From: a virus
Taxonomy: Duplodnaviria; Caudoviricetes
Virus record (IMG/VR): IMGVR_UViG_3300045996_002471
Location: 1-58,041 of that record
Direction: 5' to 3' (one strand)
DNA: 58,041 nt
Each line of letters opens with the position of its first letter. Positions within the stretch are counted from its first letter, which is position 1. Both the position numbers and the translations under genes were made by a program. Under the pieces are notes generated by a model. The model was not told the origin of the DNA and ran no database searches. It saw nothing but the letters and a program-made list of their open reading frames with translations. Shown here piece after piece: positions 54,143 through 58,041 of this stretch.

Positions 54143-55608
54143 ACCGACTCACCCGGCGCCTGAAACACCGGCACCCGGGTCGCCGCCGGCTGCTGCCCGA
54201 TCGGCGCCGCCAAGCCCGCCAACGCCGCCTGGGTCGCCATCTCCGACCGCAACGCCTGCACCCGCTGCGGCGACCAGCCGACCTCCTCCACCGCCATCGG
54301 CAGCGGAATCCCGGCGTCCTTCATCTTCGACAGGTAGTCGCCGATCTGGGAGGGCACGAAGTTCTCCGGCCGCGCCCACACGATCTCGCTGTCGGACAGG
54401 TCCCGCGGGCCACCGTCCGGCGCTTCGAGCTCGGCGGCGTCCGCCATCAACTGCAGGACCTCCTCGAGGTCCTCGCCCCACAGCGTGCTGTTCTGCCTGA
54501 CCTGCGCGTTGTGCCCGGCGTCCAGTGCGCCGATCGCATCCGCACCCAGGTTGGTGATGTCGCCCGGCAGGTAGTACACCGGAGTCAGGGTGACCGCGGC
54601 GAACGCCCGCATGTCCGCGTCGACGCCGCGCAGCATCTGCGAGGTGTCCGTCTGCTGCAGTTGGATCAACTGCACGGCCGGGTCGCCCGGCTCGTCCGGC
54701 GGGGGGATCGTGCCGATCTGTGTGACGCCGGGCTTCCACGGGGCGATCGGCTCGCCGGTGACCGGATCCTCGTCGACCTTGTAGTTCAGCAGGATCGCCT
54801 GTCGGAACGCCGCATACCGCTCGGAGGACAGCCTGTTGAGCAGAGTCAGGTTCAGCCGGTTCTGGTCGTCGATTCCGGCGTCGAACGCCGCGACCGGCTC
54901 CTCACCCTCGTCGCCGTTGAGGAACGGCACCACCGGCACACCCGGCAGCGTCCGACCCTCCTGATCACGCTCCTCCCAGGCGTCCGGCTTCCACGAGATC
55001 CGCTGGCCAGCACGTTTCTTCCCGACCTGCTGCTTCGACTGCCAGTGCAGCCGCCGTCCCGGCGCCGTGTCCGAAGCGCCGCGCAGGTACAGGGTGGCCA
55101 TCCACCGCTTCGCGATGTCGTCGTGCCACAACCGCAGCGCCGCCAACCGCCGGCCCGCGTCCGCCGGATCGGTCTCGACGATGACCGTCTCCGGGCCCTC
55201 GATCGTCACCCGTGGTGTCTGCGGCTTGCGCGGGTCAACTCCGACGATCACGTACGCCGCGGACCGGCTGTAGGCCTTGCGCCAGATCCCGTACTGCCGT
55301 GCGTCGAGCCTCGCCCGCTGCCACAGCTGCCACACCGGGTCCGGATCGGTCGACGTCCACTTCGGGTCACGGAACCCGATCGCGTTGGTCCGGTGCACCC
55401 GCGACTCCACGCACAGCTTGCACAGGTTCGTGCGCGCCATCTTCTGGAACCGCCGGTAGGCGGCGGCGTGCTGGTTCGGCCCGGCGGGCAGGTCGTGATT
55501 GCCCTCGTAGTAGCGGCGCCAGAACCGCACCGCCGGCTGACGGTCCAGCAGCTTCGGGCCCAACCGGGCCAGCCACTCGAACGGCTCCAGATCGGTGGCC
55601 TCAGCCAA
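54139..55608 (-). CDS. Portal protein (SPP1 gp6-like)
   Basis: YYEGNH; N.C.L.V; PVVPFLN; synteny. Confidence 0.9.
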   Translation of the reverse strand: MAEATDLEPFEWLARLGPKLLDRQPAVRFWRRYYEGNHDLPAGPNQHAAAYRRFQKMARTNLCKLCVESRVHRTNAIGFRDPKWTSTDPDPVWQLWQRARLDARQYGIWRKAYSRSAAYVIVGVDPRKPQTPRVTIEGPETVIVETDPADAGRRLAALRLWHDDIAKRWMATLYLRGASDTAPGRRLHWQSKQQVGKKRAGQRISWKPDAWEERDQEGRTLPGVPVVPFLNGDEGEEPVAAFDAGIDDQNRLNLTLLNRLSSERYAAFRQAILLNYKVDEDPVTGEPIAPWKPGVTQIGTIPPPDEPGDPAVQLIQLQQTDTSQMLRGVDADMRAFAAVTLTPVYYLPGDITNLGADAIGALDAGHNAQVRQNSTLWGEDLEEVLQLMADAAELEAPDGGPRDLSDSEIVWARPENFVPSQIGDYLSKMKDAGIPLPMAVEEVGWSPQRVQALRSEMATQAALAGLAAPIGQQPAATRVPVFQAPGESV

Positions 55609-55625
55609 CAGGCCACCCCCTCCGG

Positions 55626-57305
55626 TCAGAACGCTGCAGCCCTACGCTTCTTGCGCGGCTTCGCCAGGCCCTTCGCGACCGCGTCACCGCGGCACTGGAA
55701 CGCCAACACCGCCGCCATCGCCGCGTCGATCTTCTTCGGCGACTTCGCGTACTCCTTGCCGATCGTCACGCCGACCTTCCCCGCCAACCGGCGCCGCGCG
55801 TGCAGCACGTGCTGGGTGAGGATCGCGTCGCCGCTGTGCGTGACCTGCTTCGACCGCACCGCCTCGTACAGGCGATGAACTGCGGCCACCACCGCTGTCG
55901 GCCTAGTGGTCCACCACTCGATCGGCTTGTTCAACGTGGCCTTGACCCGCATCCGCCGGCCGTACAGCGAACCCCACCGGTCCACGTACGTCTGCCAATA
56001 CGGCGGGTCCGCATAGAACCCAACCACCTCGTACCGCTCCATCACCGCAGCCACAGCGGCGTCCACGATCTCGCCGTCGACCCGCCAGTCCTTGCCCGCA
56101 GGTCCGACCGGTTTCTGCCAGATCGTCGGCTCGCCATCGTACTCCGGCACGAACAAGTGCCCGTCGGACACCCGGCAGGCGATCAGCGCGGTCGAGTCCT
56201 CGGATACGGCGCCGTCGAAGCCGAGCACGATCCGCTCGCCGTCCGCCACGACGACCGACGCGTCCGCCGCGGCTTCCCACGCCTCCACCGGCATCCACGC
56301 GTTCCCGGCGGAGGTGCGGGCGTTCAGGAAGTACCGGCGGGAGTCCTCCGGGTCCTTCCGGGGGTCGTAGAACTCGTCGACGATGGAGTCGACGTCGTTC
56401 CACTCGATCGCCTCGCCGAACGCCTCCTGGATCGCCGCGCGCAGCATCTCCTCGCGCGACAGGTCCTCGCACACCCCGTAGCGGTGGTCGTACAGCAGCC
56501 GCTGCCGGCGGGTGGTGCGCTTCTGGGTGATCGCCTCCGCGAGCCCGTACGTGGCTTCCGCCACCGACTCCTCGCCCGGCGAGAACATGGTGGTCGTCTC
56601 GAGGTACCAGGTGCCCGCGGTCTTCTTCCGCTTCCGCAGGTTCCGGGTGACCGTGTTGTACATGCGCCGCAGCTCAGGCTGGTTGTACAGGTGCGTCTCG
56701 TCGAAGACCACGAACGTCTCCAGCCCGCCGTCCTTCGACGCCGACGACGCGGTGGACGGCCGGATCTCGCCGCCGCCCGGCAGGAACGTCCTCGTCAACC
56801 CGGCGTCCGCGCCGACCTGTGACAGCAGGGCGTCCTCGTCGGTCAGGTTGTAGTGGATCGAGTCGTACACGTTCCCGGTCTGGCCCTCTTCGGTGGCCAG
56901 CACTCGGATCATCGGCTGCACGACGTGCCGACCCATCGGCTCGCCCGGCTCGTAGACGTACTCGAACCCCAGCCCCCACGGGTCGCGGTACACCTCGCCG
57001 CCCTGGGCGAACCCGGCGAACCGGCACGGACCGAACGCCTCGAACAGTGCGAACCGCGCACCCAAGCCGCTCTTGTCGCAGCCCTTCGGCCGGGAGAAGA
57101 ACGCCGAGTCGTATAGCTGGCCCCCGACGGGGTCCAGCGCGTAGCAGTCGACGACGAACCCACAGAACTCGTCGCCGTGCGACACCTTCATCCCCGCGGC
57201 GTCACCGCGGCCGTGGACGACGAAGTACTCCATCCACGCGACCGCGAGCCACCCGAGAGACCGGGTCCGGTCGTGCTGCGGCGCCCGCACCAGCGTGCGG
57301 GGCAT
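55626..57305 (-). CDS. terL: Terminase large subunit
   Basis: SRPKGCDKS; VVFDETH; LGFDGA..DSTA; KIDAAMA. Confidence 0.95.
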   Translation of the reverse strand: MPRTLVRAPQHDRTRSLGWLAVAWMEYFVVHGRGDAAGMKVSHGDEFCGFVVDCYALDPVGGQLYDSAFFSRPKGCDKSGLGARFALFEAFGPCRFAGFAQGGEVYRDPWGLGFEYVYEPGEPMGRHVVQPMIRVLATEEGQTGNVYDSIHYNLTDEDALLSQVGADAGLTRTFLPGGGEIRPSTASSASKDGGLETFVVFDETHLYNQPELRRMYNTVTRNLRKRKKTAGTWYLETTTMFSPGEESVAEATYGLAEAITQKRTTRRQRLLYDHRYGVCEDLSREEMLRAAIQEAFGEAIEWNDVDSIVDEFYDPRKDPEDSRRYFLNARTSAGNAWMPVEAWEAAADASVVVADGERIVLGFDGAVSEDSTALIACRVSDGHLFVPEYDGEPTIWQKPVGPAGKDWRVDGEIVDAAVAAVMERYEVVGFYADPPYWQTYVDRWGSLYGRRMRVKATLNKPIEWWTTRPTAVVAAVHRLYEAVRSKQVTHSGDAILTQHVLHARRRLAGKVGVTIGKEYAKSPKKIDAAMAAVLAFQCRGDAVAKGLAKPRKKRRAAAF

Positions 57306-57309
57306 CGGT

Positions 57310-57924
57310 CTACCCTGCCGCGACCCGCGACCGGCGGTCCATCCGGGTCACCGTGCCGCCTGTGGCCGGCTCGGCAGGAGCAGCGGGGGACGTGCCGCCC
57401 TGCTGCTGCGGTGCCTCATCGAACGCCACCGTCCACCGCAACCTGGCCATGGCCAGCGGCGTGAGCCCGAGCCGGTCGGCGTACTGGCGCGCTTCCTTGC
57501 CCGCGTCGAGGTCACCGGAGGCGGCGAGCACCATCCACCGCGTGTACAGCGCAACCTCTTCCAACCAGCCCGATGCCTGCCACTCCACAGCCTGCGGGGT
57601 CCGCCACAGCTTCTCCCACAACGCCAGCTCACGCTCCGTCTGGCCGTCGAGCACCAACCGCAGCGTGGCGACCTTCTCCTCCGCGCGGACCAACTGGACC
57701 TCAGCCACCGGCGCGCCCTCGGCCCGCTTGTCCTCCAACGCCACCAACCGCCCCTCGGCGACCTGCAGCTTGGCCTGCGTGTGCAGATCCGGACCGAGCG
57801 GCCACTCAGGCGTGTCGCCTTGGCGGCCAATGGACGGAAGCTGAGTCAGGCCCGGCTGCTTGTTACGCCGAACCCGCTGGTCAGGATCCTTCGGCAACCT
57901 GCCTGCCATCTGCGTGCGGATCAT
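57310..57924 (-). CDS. terS: Terminase small subunit
   Basis: RVRRNK; W..LWRTPQAVEW; E.R...DRLGLTP.AMARLRW. Confidence 0.85.
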   Translation of the reverse strand: MIRTQMAGRLPKDPDQRVRRNKQPGLTQLPSIGRQGDTPEWPLGPDLHTQAKLQVAEGRLVALEDKRAEGAPVAEVQLVRAEEKVATLRLVLDGQTERELALWEKLWRTPQAVEWQASGWLEEVALYTRWMVLAASGDLDAGKEARQYADRLGLTPLAMARLRWTVAFDEAPQQQGGTSPAAPAEPATGGTVTRMDRRSRVAAG

Positions 57925-57930
57925 GGATCA

Positions 57931-57965
57931 CTCCCGTTTCGGGATGCGCGGCACCCCGTTCCGGG
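57931..57965 (-). promoter_or_regulatory. Double-hairpin leader motif overlapping terS RBS
   Basis: Same motif and spacing as 53294-53328. Confidence 0.6.
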
Positions 57966-58004
57966 GAAACCGCTAGGCCTCAAACAACCGCGCGCACACC
58001 CACA

Positions 58005-58020
58005 ATCGGGGATCCCCGAT
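58005..58020. repeat. Perfect 16-bp palindrome upstream of terS (packaging-site region)
   Basis: ATCGGGGATCCCCGAT. Confidence 0.7.
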
Positions 58021-58041
58021 GCGTACAGACCGCGCCTACCA

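Larger units (their letters stand above)
1..58041. mobile_element. Temperate siphophage genome (non-integrated order) carrying an AICE/plasmid-type TraB transfer module
   Basis: Complete head-tail-lysis-integrase-immunity-replication synteny; no housekeeping genes anywhere; integrase is internal; Tra/Spd-like cluster at the left end. Confidence 0.85.

Noticed and set aside
1-58041. tRNA, rRNA, reverse transcriptase/DGR, transposase, relaxase or T4SS genes
   Set aside because: No recognisable motifs found by eye; a covariance or HMM scan would be needed to exclude them fully

Overview
High-GC actinobacterial sequence that reads as one nearly complete temperate siphophage genome in its non-integrated gene order, shown mostly on the minus strand. 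From right to left: terminase, portal, capsid and tail genes (57.9-39.8 kb); a lysis cassette with two separate endolysin genes (39.7-36.8 kb); a tyrosine integrase with a candidate intact attP and a repressor/Cro/excisionase switch (35.7-32.1 kb); DnaQ, RecE/RecT, an SF3-like helicase and an iteron origin (32-26.3 kb); and a long early/accessory operon (WhiB, RuvC, J-domain, HNH, DpdB-like DGQHR protein, frameshifted C5-MTase, RsdA-like anti-sigma domain, Fido protein). The unexpected part is 1-6.6 kb. It is a Streptomyces-plasmid/AICE-type conjugation module (Spd-like membrane proteins, a WXG100-like small protein, a TraB/FtsK translocase), followed by a palindromic ATGCAAGCTTGCAT array and a polarised GATCCCC/GGGGATC array that resembles a clt. 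The best hypothesis is a phage-AICE hybrid: a phage that can move both by virion and by TraB-mediated mycelial conjugation. All protein calls come from motif recognition and synteny only; no database searches were run. Several starts were moved from the ORF track to codons with an RBS.
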